DNA of 64,000 nt from Dehalococcoidia bacterium (GTDB lineage: Bacteria > Chloroflexota > Dehalococcoidia > UBA2979). How positions within the stretch are numbered: the first letter of the stretch is position 1; each line of letters begins with the position of its first letter. Made by a program: the position numbers and the translations under genes. The notes below the pieces were generated by a model, which was not told the DNA's origin, ran no database searches, and saw only the letters and a program-made list of their open reading frames with translations. Below, one piece after another: positions 53,302-64,000 of this stretch. The DNA is taken from contig CBDBPS010000002.1 of assembly GCA_965208885.1 (NCBI GenBank), positions 325,200 through 389,199 of the forward strand. The letters are read 5' to 3'.

Positions 53302-54261
53302 TCAGTCGCTCGCCCACCCCGCGCGAACCGCCGCCAGCAGCGCGCCCGCAGCCGAGCGAGGATCGCGGCGGCGCGCCGCGACCTCATCGACGAGGCCGCT
53401 GAGCACGCCGATGCCACCCGCGGCCTCCAGCGACTCGCGCTGCATCGCCGCGCGGGCCAGCGAGACGATCTGCTCTCGCACGTGCTCCCGGCGCTCCTCG
53501 TCGGCGTGCTCGGACGTGCGGAGGTGCTCCTGGTGGTCGTCGATCGCCGTCACGAGTTCTTCGAGGCCTTCCTGCTCGCGGGCGACCGCCTTGAGGATCG
53601 GCGGCCTCCATGCGCGCTCGGGAGCGATGGCGAGCAGGCCGCGGAGCTGGCCGACGGCGGTGTCGGCGCCGGCGAGGTCGGACTTGTTCACGACCATGAC
53701 CTGCGCGACCTCCATCAGGCCGGCCTTCATCGACTGCACATCGTCGCCGCCCGCGGGCATCGTCACGAGGACCGTCGTCTGCGTCGCCGCGGCGACCTCG
53801 ACCTCGTCCTGCCCCGCCCCAACGGTCTCGACGATGACCACGTCGTAGCCCGCCGCGTCCATCACGTCGACGACGCCCGACGCGGTCTCGGCGAGGCCGC
53901 CGAGGCTACCCCTCGACGCCATCGAGCGCAGGAACACGCCCGAGTCCGATGTCAGGTCCTGCATGCGGATGCGGTCGCCGAGGATCGCGCCGTGCGAGAA
54001 CGGCGAGGAGGGGTCGACCGCCACGATCCCGACCGTGCGGCCGAGTGCGCGCTCGGCGCGCGCAAGTCCCCCGACCAGCGTCGATTTGCCGACGCCGGCC
54101 GAGCCGGTCACGCCGATGGTCTGGGCGCGTCCCGTGCGTGGGTACAGCGAGGCGAGGACCGTGCGGCCCGTCTCGGTATCGGCCTCGACATGCGTGATGG
54201 TGCGTGACAGCGCGCGGCGATCACCCGCGAGGACGCGTTCGCCCAGCTCGCTCGCGTCCAC
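53302..54261 (-). CDS. meaB: Methylmalonyl-CoA mutase-associated GTPase
   Basis: GSAGVGKST, VDPSSPF..GAILGDRIRM, ETVGAGQ, NKSD. Confidence 0.93.
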   Translation of the reverse strand: MDASELGERVLAGDRRALSRTITHVEADTETGRTVLASLYPRTGRAQTIGVTGSAGVGKSTLVGGLARAERALGRTVGIVAVDPSSPFSHGAILGDRIRMQDLTSDSGVFLRSMASRGSLGGLAETASGVVDVMDAAGYDVVIVETVGAGQDEVEVAAATQTTVLVTMPAGGDDVQSMKAGLMEVAQVMVVNKSDLAGADTAVGQLRGLLAIAPERAWRPPILKAVAREQEGLEELVTAIDDHQEHLRTSEHADEERREHVREQIVSLARAAMQRESLEAAGGIGVLSGLVDEVAARRRDPRSAAGALLAAVRAGWASD

Positions 54262-54280
54262 GGGGCTGCGCGCTCGCCGG

Positions 54281-54691
54281 CTAGTTCGCGTACGTCGGCG
54301 CGTGCTCGCGGACGAACTCGATGATGTCCTGCGTGCTGGTGCCGGGTCCGAAGACGCCCTGGAAGCCCATCTCCTGCACCGCGGGGATGTCCGCCTCGGG
54401 GATAATGCCGCCGCAGAACAGCAGCACGTCGCTCACCTCGCGCTCCTCGAGCGCGGCGATGACACGCGGGAACAGCTCGAGGTGCGCGCCGGACAGGATC
54501 GACAACCCGACGACCTGCGCGTCCTCCTGGAGCGCCGCCTCGGCGATCATGTCGGGCGTCTGGCGGATGCCGGTGTAGATGACCTCCATGCCGGCGTCGC
54601 GCAGCGCGCGAGCGACCACCTTGGCGCCACGGTCGTGGCCATCGAGGCCCGGCTTCGCGATCAGCACGCGAATCGATTGGTCGTCGGCCAT
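54281..54691 (-). CDS. Cobalamin-binding subunit of methylmalonyl-CoA mutase
   Basis: [24 protein letters not shown]. Confidence 0.94.
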   Translation of the reverse strand: MADDQSIRVLIAKPGLDGHDRGAKVVARALRDAGMEVIYTGIRQTPDMIAEAALQEDAQVVGLSILSGAHLELFPRVIAALEEREVSDVLLFCGGIIPEADIPAVQEMGFQGVFGPGTSTQDIIEFVREHAPTYAN

Positions 54692-54773
54692 GGGGAGCCT
54701 CCTCGTTGCGCTGCTCGCGCGGTTACCGCTCGCGAGTCTAGCCAGCCTCGCGCACGTGCGCGAGGGTCGAACG

Positions 54774-55589
54774 CTATACGTACTCCAGCAGCTGGATGCC
54801 GATGCCGAATGCCTGCTCGGCGCTGATCGTCGAGCGCCGCGTGCCCGGCAGCGTGCCCACCTCGCCGTCCGGGACGTCGAGTCCGGCTGCGCGGTAACGC
54901 GCGATCTCGCTGTCGAGGTCGGGGACTTCGATCGCGGCGACCGGGAACGCGCCCTCGCGCTGCTCCTCGATCACCTGCGCCAACGGCGCGTTGGGGCTCG
55001 CCGGTGCGATCAGTTCGAGGATGGTGCGGCTGATCGGGAACTGCCCGATCACGATCTGCGCCTCCTCGACGTCGAAGCGGTGCTGCTCCTCGAGGCCGAT
55101 GACCTCGTTCCAGCGCTGCTTCGCCGCGTCGTAGTCCGCGACCCGGGCCGCGAGGTGGTCGATGCCCTTCGAGTCGGAGTGGTGCGCACCGGGGCGCGGC
55201 TGCGCGAGCTCGACGAGGACGCCGAACATCGAGCGCGGGTGCAGGAACGCGATCTCCCCGGCCAGCCCGTAGCGCGGCTCCTGGTCGATCAGCTCGACGC
55301 CGAGGTCACTGACCCGCGCGAGCTCGGCGCGGATGTCGTCCGTGCTGAAGCAGAAGTGGTGCAGCGTCTGCCCGCGCGTCTCGAGGTAGCGCGCGACGCC
55401 GGTGCCCTCCCGGACGGGCTCCAGTAGCTCGATCTCGTTCTCGCCGAGCGGCAGCAGGACGCCGCGCACGCCCTGCTCCTCGACGACCTCATCGACGGCC
55501 ACCTCGAGGCCCATGATGTCGCGGTAGAAGCCGAGCGCATCGTCGGCGCTGTGGACGACGATGCCGATGTGATGCAGCCGGTCGATCAT
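54774..55589 (-). CDS. mce: Methylmalonyl-CoA epimerase-like protein with two VOC domains
   Basis: HHIGIVV...EQGV...IELLEP...LHH...FLHP....GVLVEL, followed by a second VOC repeat. Confidence 0.82.
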   Translation of the reverse strand: MIDRLHHIGIVVHSADDALGFYRDIMGLEVAVDEVVEEQGVRGVLLPLGENEIELLEPVREGTGVARYLETRGQTLHHFCFSTDDIRAELARVSDLGVELIDQEPRYGLAGEIAFLHPRSMFGVLVELAQPRPGAHHSDSKGIDHLAARVADYDAAKQRWNEVIGLEEQHRFDVEEAQIVIGQFPISRTILELIAPASPNAPLAQVIEEQREGAFPVAAIEVPDLDSEIARYRAAGLDVPDGEVGTLPGTRRSTISAEQAFGIGIQLLEYV

Positions 55590-55595
55590 GCGTCT

Positions 55596-56087
55596 CTACA
55601 CTCCCTGCTCGCCACGCCAGGCGAGGATTGCTTCCGCGTGTTCCCGGTCGTGCTCCGCCGCGTCGGCGAGCCGGTACGGCGTACGCCCCTCGGCGTAGCG
55701 GTCGGGCTCGAGGGCGGCGAGGCCCCGGATCGCCTCGTTGTGCTGCTCGCGCGCGTCGCGCAGGTTCGCGAGGACCTGCTCCCAGCTGAGCTCGCCTGAG
55801 CGGGCAACCGACTCGGCGTTGAACGCGTTGTCCGCCGCCTCGGGGTCCTCGCGGTTCGGCTCGAACTCGGGGATCGCCGGGCGCTCGCCGCTCGCGACAA
55901 GGCCGAGCGCGTGCGCCCAGCCGGACTGCCACCGCGCGAGGTGGGCGAGGATGTCCTTCGCCGACCACGCCTCCGGGCCGAACCAGCCCTGCACGCGTCG
56001 CTCCGCCGGAAGCGCATCTAGTGCGTCCAGCAGCTCGGCGCGCGCCCGTTCGTTCTCCTCGATGAGGGCGTCGAGCGCCTCGGTCAT
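55596..56087 (-). CDS. DinB-like four-helix-bundle protein
   Basis: WSAKDILAHLARW...N...EHDREH. Confidence 0.78.
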   Translation of the reverse strand: MTEALDALIEENERARAELLDALDALPAERRVQGWFGPEAWSAKDILAHLARWQSGWAHALGLVASGERPAIPEFEPNREDPEAADNAFNAESVARSGELSWEQVLANLRDAREQHNEAIRGLAALEPDRYAEGRTPYRLADAAEHDREHAEAILAWRGEQGV

Positions 56088-56127
56088 GCGGGATGCTCCG
56101 TTCGCGCGCGCGGTGCGGTCGCGCGCA

Positions 56128-57783
<1,656 letters not shown>

Positions 57784-57986
57784 GGCGACCCCCCGGCTGC
57801 CCGCACATGCCCGGCGCCCAGTCCTCGGGCGCTCCAGCGAGCCGCATCGCGAGTGTAGGCAGCGGCCTGTCGGGAATCAACGCGCGAGGCCCGTCGCGCG
57901 TGCTCTCGCCGCGCAGCACACTGGCCGAACCCGATGGATGAGATCAGTACTCAGCGCGCGCGGGACGCCGGAAGGAAGGCACGAGG

Positions 57987-58733
57987 ATGGTCGAGTCAGG
58001 GCAGCGAGTCGTCATCGTCACCGGCAGCACCGTCGGCATTGGCCGCACGATCGCCGAGGAGTTCGCGTCGAACGGCTGGGCGGTAGTCGTCAACGCCCGC
58101 AACGCCCGCGACGTGGACACGGTCAGCGCGGAGATCGCTGCCGGGGGCGGCACCGTCGTCGGCATCCCCACCGACGTCACCGACCCCGACGCCGTGCAGG
58201 CGATGGTGGAGCGGACGACTACAGAGCTCGGGCCTATCCATACCCTCGTGAGCAACGCCGGCATCCCGGGCCCGCGTGTCTTCGCCCAGGACGTCGAAGC
58301 GCACGAGTTCCTCGAGGTCCTGCGCGTGAACCTCTGGGGCGCGTTCCTCTGCGCGAAGTACGTGCTGCCGGGGATGATCGAGCGAGCCGAGGGCGGGCAC
58401 ATCATCAACATGACCGGCGGCGGCGCGGCCTCCGACCGCCCGCTCCGTGGTGGCATCTCCTACGCATCGTCGAAAGCAGGCGTCGAGGGCATGACGCGCA
58501 ATCTCGCCCTCGAGGTGTCGCGCTTCGGCATCACCGTCAACGCGATCCAGCCCGGCCGCATCGCATCGCGCGGCTTCCCGCAACTCGACGACGACGTGCG
58601 CCGCGGCGTGCCCTTCGTGAGCGCGGAGCCCGCGGGTCGCCTCGCCGTATGGCTCACCTCGGAGGAGGCCGCCGAGATCACCGGCGAGACGATCGACGCG
58701 CAGGCATGGGACGCCGGGCGCCGGGCGGGGTAA
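57987..58733 (+). CDS. SDR family oxidoreductase
   Basis: TGSTVGIG, NAG, YASSK. Confidence 0.9.
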   Translation: MVESGQRVVIVTGSTVGIGRTIAEEFASNGWAVVVNARNARDVDTVSAEIAAGGGTVVGIPTDVTDPDAVQAMVERTTTELGPIHTLVSNAGIPGPRVFAQDVEAHEFLEVLRVNLWGAFLCAKYVLPGMIERAEGGHIINMTGGGAASDRPLRGGISYASSKAGVEGMTRNLALEVSRFGITVNAIQPGRIASRGFPQLDDDVRRGVPFVSAEPAGRLAVWLTSEEAAEITGETIDAQAWDAGRRAG

Positions 58734-58828
58734 GCGACTCGGCGGCCCTCGCGCGGTTGTCAGGCGAGGAAGCGGGCTGGTACAAGGCGACCGGAGCTGG
58801 TCGGCTCCAATCATCGGGCGAGGTGAAT

Positions 58829-59275
58829 ATGTCCTACATCAGGTTCCTGGGCGCGTTCGTTGTCTACACGGTCATCGATGTCGGGTGGAACATCTCGCCC
58901 ATCGCGGTGGGCATGTACGAGCGCCTGTACGAAGCGAGTGGCAACGACGTACTCCTCGACGAATTCGGCCGGGAGATGGAGATGTGGGGCGGCGGGCAGA
59001 TGCTCGCGCTGCTCGCCTTCCTCGTGCTCATCGCGCTCGCAAACACCTACCTGGCGATCGAGCCGGCGTTAAGGGAGAACAGCCTCGTCAGGGCGATGAA
59101 GAACAGCTTCGTGCTGGGCTGCGCCGCGTACGCCACCTACATCGTGCCGATCTACCTGATCCTGTCGACGTGGCCCGGCGTCCTCGTGCCCATCGACATC
59201 CTGATCGGCGGTCTGCTCAGCCTGATCACGTCGACGGTCGTGACCTACGTGACGCAGCGCCGCAGGGCGGCGTAG
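58829..59275 (+). CDS. Small multi-pass membrane protein (DUF2177-like)
   Basis: GAGGTG RBS; ID..W, LG..AYATY, W......DI..G pattern. Confidence 0.65.
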   Translation: MSYIRFLGAFVVYTVIDVGWNISPIAVGMYERLYEASGNDVLLDEFGREMEMWGGGQMLALLAFLVLIALANTYLAIEPALRENSLVRAMKNSFVLGCAAYATYIVPIYLILSTWPGVLVPIDILIGGLLSLITSTVVTYVTQRRRAA

Positions 59276-59555
59276 CGCCCGGCGCACGACGACACTGACC
59301 ACGCCCGGGAGGTCACGGGAGCAGTGACGCTTAAGTTCTGCCTCGTTGAGGTCGAGTCGCCATCGTGGGTCGCCGCTTCGCTACGACTACCCCCGATGAC
59401 GACCCTGAGGCCGGCCGCCGGCCTCGAGAGCGGAGCGAGCGCTGCTCCAGGCCTATGAAGTGGTGAGCTGCGTGAGAAGAGCCGCCAATGAGGCGGCGCG
59501 CCGCCCCCGGGGCGCCGAACCTGGCTTGAGAATCCGCAGTCCCGGAATCGTAACC

Positions 59556-59780
59556 ATGACCGACCTTCTCCAACAGGCCTTCGACAGGGCAGCGGAGTTG
59601 CCTCGAGACGAACAGAATGCGTTCGCCCGCTTCCTGCTGGCCGAGCTCGATGCGGAGCGGCGATGGGATGAGTTGTTCGACCGCCCCGACTCGCAGGACA
59701 TGCTGGAGCAGATGGCGGACGAGGCGATCAGGGCTCACCGGGCGGGGCGGACGGAGCCTCTGGATCTGAGCCGCCTGTAG
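59556..59780 (+). CDS. Putative antitoxin
   Basis: MTDLLQQAF.....LP..EQ...A..LL.EL..E.RW...F; directly upstream of a RelE-like relic. Confidence 0.7.
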   Translation: MTDLLQQAFDRAAELPRDEQNAFARFLLAELDAERRWDELFDRPDSQDMLEQMADEAIRAHRAGRTEPLDLSRL

Positions 59781-59782
59781 GC

Positions 59783-60051
59783 GTGCGTTCCACACGCTGC
59801 CAGGCTCCTGGAGCGCCTATCGCCGGCTCCCGGACGCCGTGAAGCAGCAGGCGCGCGACGCGTACCGGTTCTTCCTGCTGGATCCGCAGCACCCCGGCCT
59901 CCACTTCAAGCGTGTGGGGAAGCGGCGCCCGGTGTATTCGGTGCGCGTGAGCAGGAACTATCGCGCCCTGGGCGTACTTGAGGACGGTGATGTCGTCTGG
60001 TCTGGATTGGCCCACACGACGAATATGGCCGGGTTGCTGAGGCGCGCCTGA
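59783..60051 (+). pseudogene. Frameshifted RelE/ParE-like toxin
   Basis: P.HPGLHFKRV...YSVRV...YRALG core is intact; the GTG start and the WIGPHDEY tail lie in other frames. Confidence 0.7.
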
Positions 60052-60377
60052 GGCGACCGTCGGCGCCCGATCCTGCCTACCGTCGCGTTCGGTGCGAAAT
60101 GGTGGGCCTACGCGTACTGTACTGCGAACTTTCTCGTGGGCGATCTCGCTAAAGAGGCCCGGTGCAGCGAGCTGGGCAAGGTTTGCGCGGTACGAGCGGG
60201 CGCCCTCCCGAAGCTCGCATGGGATGCTGCGATTATCAGTGCTCTACCGAAGTCGGCCGCCGGAGAATGCCAGCAGATGGTACCCGAGCGTTGCGAGGAG
60301 TCAGGTCGCCTCGTCTTGCTGGACGGGCCGACTGCGCAGGCTGCGAGACTGTAGGTCGATGAGGTCGTCGTGTAAAT

Positions 60378-60629
60378 GTGTCCATGGAATACACGATCAG
60401 CGCGGCACACCTTCGCAAAGTAGACACGTGGGATTCGGGTTGCGGAGTGGAACTCGACATCCTTGAGCTGGAGGACGGCACGGTGCTCGTCGTCGCCGAT
60501 GATACGGTGACCTTCTACCGCTCTGCAGACGAGTTCTGGGCCGAGGCCGAGGACGGAGACGAGGACCATCGAACGGTCACAATTCTCCGTGAGACGGGGA
60601 GTCCGTTCGAGTTGGCGGGAGCGCGGTAG
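60378..60629 (+). CDS. Small acidic hypothetical protein
   Basis: Protein-like composition; start may be ATG 60384. Confidence 0.5.
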   Translation: MSMEYTISAAHLRKVDTWDSGCGVELDILELEDGTVLVVADDTVTFYRSADEFWAEAEDGDEDHRTVTILRETGSPFELAGAR

Positions 60630-60877
60630 GCGTCGCCTGCCCGCCTCGCCATACCCCTGCCGAACATTCTCCGGCCTCCCTGCCACGGGCCTGCTGGTCT
60701 GCGCACACGCCGCGAGGAACGCCCTCGGTCGTCGCTTGTCAGGGCCTGTTTGCGACGGCGCCTGCCTGCATCCATTTGGCCCGGCGTCGCGCAGGAGTGA
60801 CTGACCCGTAGTCCACTGAGGCCAGGGCGCTGCCGCGGTTGGCGCTCCGACACCCCGTGTGCGAGTCTCCGAATGTA

Positions 60878-60960
60878 ATGACGGATTTCGATCTGGTACC
60901 CCCGCGAGCCGATGCTCTCATGGAGTCATTGAGAGCCACGGGCTATTCCCTGCCTGACGC
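60878..60960 (+). pseudogene. 5' fragment of a MORC/GHKL-type ATPase gene
   Basis: MTDFDLVPPRADALMESLRATGYSLPDA; truncated just before the expected DNS motif. Confidence 0.55.
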
Positions 60961-61208
60961 TCCCGCAGGAACTACGCCGGCACCTCGCCGCTCACCGTAG
61001 CATCGGGCCGCAAGCGCAGCGTGCGCGCCCGCTTTGTGCGCAACCGCCGGCTCGCCGACGCTGTGGACCGCTGGGCGCTCTGCTCGCTGCGGGCAAGTCC
61101 GGGCTGCCACGACTTCTACCGGCGGCGGCGCGCTGCGGGCGACCTCCACCACCAGGCGCTGCGCGCTCTCGGCAACGCCGCTTGACCCCTTAGCACACTG
61201 GGGTGTCT
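60961..61208 (+). mobile_element. IS110-family remnant (transposase C-terminal fragment and probable right end)
   Basis: RNYAGTSPLTVASGRKRSVRARFVRNRRLADA..RWA...SPG...FY...R..G..HHQALRALGN, stop at 61183-61185, then ...GGGGTGTCT. Confidence 0.75.
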
Positions 61209-61521
61209 CTCCCCCAGGAGAGACAGGACGGAGGGGGACGGAGGGGGCCGGAGCGGCGCGCAGCGCCCCTCCGACGCCCGCCGCGCACGAGCCTCCGGCG
61301 GCGCAGCACCCCATCGAGGGTGGGTCCCGTTGCGACGGTCGCCCGAAGCGCGTCCCGTCGATCGGTCGCCCTGCCTGAGGCCGCTGCGCCTCTCATGCCT
61401 CCAGGAGCCCGCTGACAAGTCTGCGAAGACCCTCGAAGTTGGCGAAGTACTGCGCCGCCCCAAGCAGCGTCCGGCGACGGGCCAACGACCACTCGTCCTA
61501 CGTAATGCTGCTTCCGGTAGG

Positions 61522-61593
61522 CCGCAAGGTTCGCTTCACCCCATCTGTCACGGGCATTTGCCCATGGCAGATGGGGTGAAGCGAACCTTGCGG
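61522..61593. repeat. 72-nt near-perfect palindrome with 26-bp perfect arms
   Basis: CCGCAAGGTTCGCTTCACCCCATCTG (61522-61547) is the exact reverse complement of 61568-61593. Confidence 0.9.
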
Positions 61594-62028
61594 TGAGGCT
61601 ACGTCACTTCCGATGATCTTCAGTGTCGGATCGCTCTCCGGTGCTGCCCGGTGAGCCGCGAACAACGCTCTGATTGATACATCTCACGAGGAGGGTGCTG
61701 GCTTGAGCAGTGGCGCTCGCGGGAAAGGCCGCTCAGTCGGACGACACGGGCCTTCCCCACTCCTGCCGTCTTGCCGGGTTCGGGTCGGAACGACCGCAAG
61801 GCTGGAGAAGCCGCGTACGTGGCCCGCTCCCGGCACGGATCGGCGGTGGCGACAGGGTTGGAGTCAAGCGGTGCATAACTGCAGGTATAGACCCCATTCG
61901 AAAGTCGCCCTTGGTTTAGGGTCGGCAGCCCGTGCATGTGGGGGCGAGGTCGCACGACCCAGTGTTCCGACGCTCATCGCAATCCTAGCTGAGCCCCTGC
62001 CCAGCATCCGCTGCCATCTACCGCCGAC

Positions 62029-62799
62029 GTGCTAACAGGAAGGTCCGCACCGCACGATATCTTTAGGGACAACCTGGCGGATGCCGAAGCCCTCTTGTGG
62101 CACGGACGCGCCCCCGACGATGTGGGCAGGCCAAATGTCCGCCGCGGACTTCGCGATCGCATTGGCGCGGGCCTGCGGAGACGGTCTACGCGGCCTTTGC
62201 GCTTGGGGCCGCTCGATGTCCCACTCGTGTCTTGGATTCCTCGGCAGAACGTCGCAGGTCTTCACTCCTGCGAATTCCAGCCCTTCCTGCGGCAGTCGCT
62301 GGTAGTGGCTTGTTCGGCGCTCGAAGCGTACGTGGTCGGTAAGGCGCTGGAGTGCGTAGCGACACGCTTCGCCGCCGGAGAGTTTCCCCACGAAAGGGAA
62401 CCCACGGCCGGCGTAGGGGGAATCACTGAAGGCCGACACGAGAGACGAGGAAGCCAGAGTCAGCCTTCCATCGACGCCTACCTCCGAGCAACGAGGAGCA
62501 TCACCGCAGACCGCATCGGCCACATCTTCTCGTCAATTGGGGTAGAGGACTGGACCGTCTACGTCGACCGGTCGCGGGGCGTTCCAAAGGGGTCGACGGC
62601 GAGGGAGCTTCACGAGATCACCGAGCGCCGGAACCGCATCACACACGGTGCCGGCTGGAACGGGCGAGGCCGAACGAACATCAAGCCGGAGGAGTTGGCG
62701 CGCTATCTCCACAGCGCCTCTTCAATCGTCGAAGCGATGGAGGCATTGCTGAAGGAACACTGCGAGTCGCTAGAAGCCCGGGAACGGCGGACCCGATGA
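62029..62799 (+). CDS. HEPN domain protein
   Basis: LVVACSALEAYV helix and RNRITH (Rx4H) motif. Confidence 0.65.
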   Translation: MLTGRSAPHDIFRDNLADAEALLWHGRAPDDVGRPNVRRGLRDRIGAGLRRRSTRPLRLGPLDVPLVSWIPRQNVAGLHSCEFQPFLRQSLVVACSALEAYVVGKALECVATRFAAGEFPHEREPTAGVGGITEGRHERRGSQSQPSIDAYLRATRSITADRIGHIFSSIGVEDWTVYVDRSRGVPKGSTARELHEITERRNRITHGAGWNGRGRTNIKPEELARYLHSASSIVEAMEALLKEHCESLEARERRTR

Positions 62800-62935
62800 C
62801 TCCGTCAGTGCTGTGCTTGTGGGCGCGCCCGCAAGCTCACCACACCTTGAGACTCAGTTCCACCGTTCGCTCCCTCCCGCGCCCCTACGACCCTCCCCCC
62901 ACTCCCTTCATCTTGCCCAGCACCGGGGTCCAACT

Positions 62936-64000
62936 TTGAGGAGGGCAGAGGCACTCAAGTCCCTGATAGCGGCTGGCACGCTCGTGCTCCTGAGCGTAGT
63001 CGCGTCCGCCGGCGGCCGGGGTCACGCACAGGAACCCGACACCACGCCGCCGGCCTTCGTGAGCGCCAGCACCGACGGCGTCACGGTGGTCATAACGTTT
63101 AGCGAAGATGTCTACGTGAGTCCCCTGGTCGCATATGGGAGGGACTTGGTCGACGTTCCGCTATCTCTCTTCTTGAAGGCATCTTTCAATGTGACGATCG
63201 AAGGTCACGATGTTTTTCTGAATGACGATACTTTTATTTCGGGCAGGACCCTCACCCTGGACCTTGCGTTCGCCGCAGGACCAGACGACGATGTCGAGGT
63301 CTCATACAACAATATCTTCGCCACGAGTGTGGGCGGGATCCTTACTGATGCTGCGGGAAATTACGTGCCGCTCTTCTCCTCTGAGAGTGTGCAAAACAAT
63401 GCTTCTGTAGAAGGCTCCAATTTAATATCAGGTCCAAAGCTGACGCCACTTGAGATGACGATACAAGAAGGGGCTACCGGGAGGTACACCGTAGAGCTCG
63501 AATCGGAGCCATCAGAGTCGGTTACGGTAAAGATACTCCCTTACCAGACTGTCCAGGTAAGTTCCTCCGAACTAACGTTCACAACTGAGAACTGGGATGA
63601 ACCGCAGGAAGTGACCGTTACCCCATACGGCGACAATGACTCCATTGACGCCTGGGCGGCAGTGCTGCATTACACGGACGGGGTAGCCAACGGCAACTGG
63701 ACGTTTGTGCGCATCGTGGTGGACGATCAGGACACCCCGCTCGTGGTCGCCGGGAACTCCGCGGTCAGCTATGCGGAGAATGGCGCCACGGGGGTAGCAA
63801 CGTACTCGGTGACCGGGGAGAGCTCCATCAGGTGGTCGCTCCTCGGGGAAGACAAGGACCGCTTTTCCATCAGCGCTGGCGGCGTCCTCTCATTTCATTC
63901 GCCGCCCGACTTCGAACACCCCGCAGACCATGACGACGACAACATTTATCGGGTGTTCATCCACGCGGCGAGTGGGTCATCCACGGGCTTCCTGCCTGTC
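62936..64000 (+). CDS. Secreted multi-domain adhesin-like protein (SwmB-like, Calx-beta-like and cadherin-like modules); runs off the window end
   Basis: Manually translated open frame from TTG 62936: signal peptide (GHA/QE), DTTPP...TFSE...LTDAAGN, LTFTTENWDEPQEVTV, YAENG...PPDFEHPAD.D.DN.Y. Confidence 0.8.
   Translation, partial: MRRAEALKSLIAAGTLVLLSVVASAGGRGHAQEPDTTPPAFVSASTDGVTVVITFSEDVYVSPLVAYGRDLVDVPLSLFLKASFNVTIEGHDVFLNDDTFISGRTLTLDLAFAAGPDDDVEVSYNNIFATSVGGILTDAAGNYVPLFSSESVQNNASVEGSNLISGPKLTPLEMTIQEGATGRYTVELESEPSESVTVKILPYQTVQVSSSELTFTTENWDEPQEVTVTPYGDNDSIDAWAAVLHYTDGVANGNWTFVRIVVDDQDTPLVVAGNSAVSYAENGATGVATYSVTGESSIRWSLLGEDKDRFSISAGGVLSFHSPPDFEHPADHDDDNIYRVFIHAASGSSTGFLPV

Noticed and set aside
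57784-57986. Cobalamin riboswitch upstream of the mutase operon
   Set aside because: Only generic GC hairpins; no B12-box consensus seen.
61400-62029. Retron msr-msd or integron attC reading of the long hairpin
   Set aside because: No reverse transcriptase or integrase nearby, and no RYYYAAC/GTTRRRY ends.
61703-62035. 110-aa ORF with GAGGAGG upstream
   Set aside because: No recognisable motif and non-coding-like composition; cannot be supported as a gene.

Overview
High-GC bacterial chromosome segment. The 16S signatures and gene set point to Chloroflexota, probably Dehalococcoidia (inference). Most of the window is housekeeping: acs (partial), uvrA, glyQS, membrane pyrophosphatase, rnhB, ftsH, rplU-rpmA-rpmE2, hisHAFI, ligA, mreBCD-mrdA-rodA, clpC, rpsA, a complete rRNA operon, tilS, and a split methylmalonyl-CoA mutase cluster. 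A visibly less GC-rich accessory region at about 59.3-64 kb holds decayed TA, IS110 and ATPase relics, a 72-nt palindrome, a HEPN protein and a secreted adhesin. The top finding is a B12-type radical SAM gene, coupled to nfuA, whose apparent TGA stop reads as selenocysteine: the frame continues W-F-C-U-A-E-P and a SECIS-like hairpin sits 12 nt downstream. A VOC gene and an ATP-grasp gene lie nearby, a candidate uncharacterised pathway. Other notable points: uvrA appears to start at CTG, an initiator tRNA sits between 23S and 5S, an RCC1-repeat lipoprotein gene is broken by one in-frame TAG, and several genes look leaderless. All calls come from reading the sequence; no searches were run.
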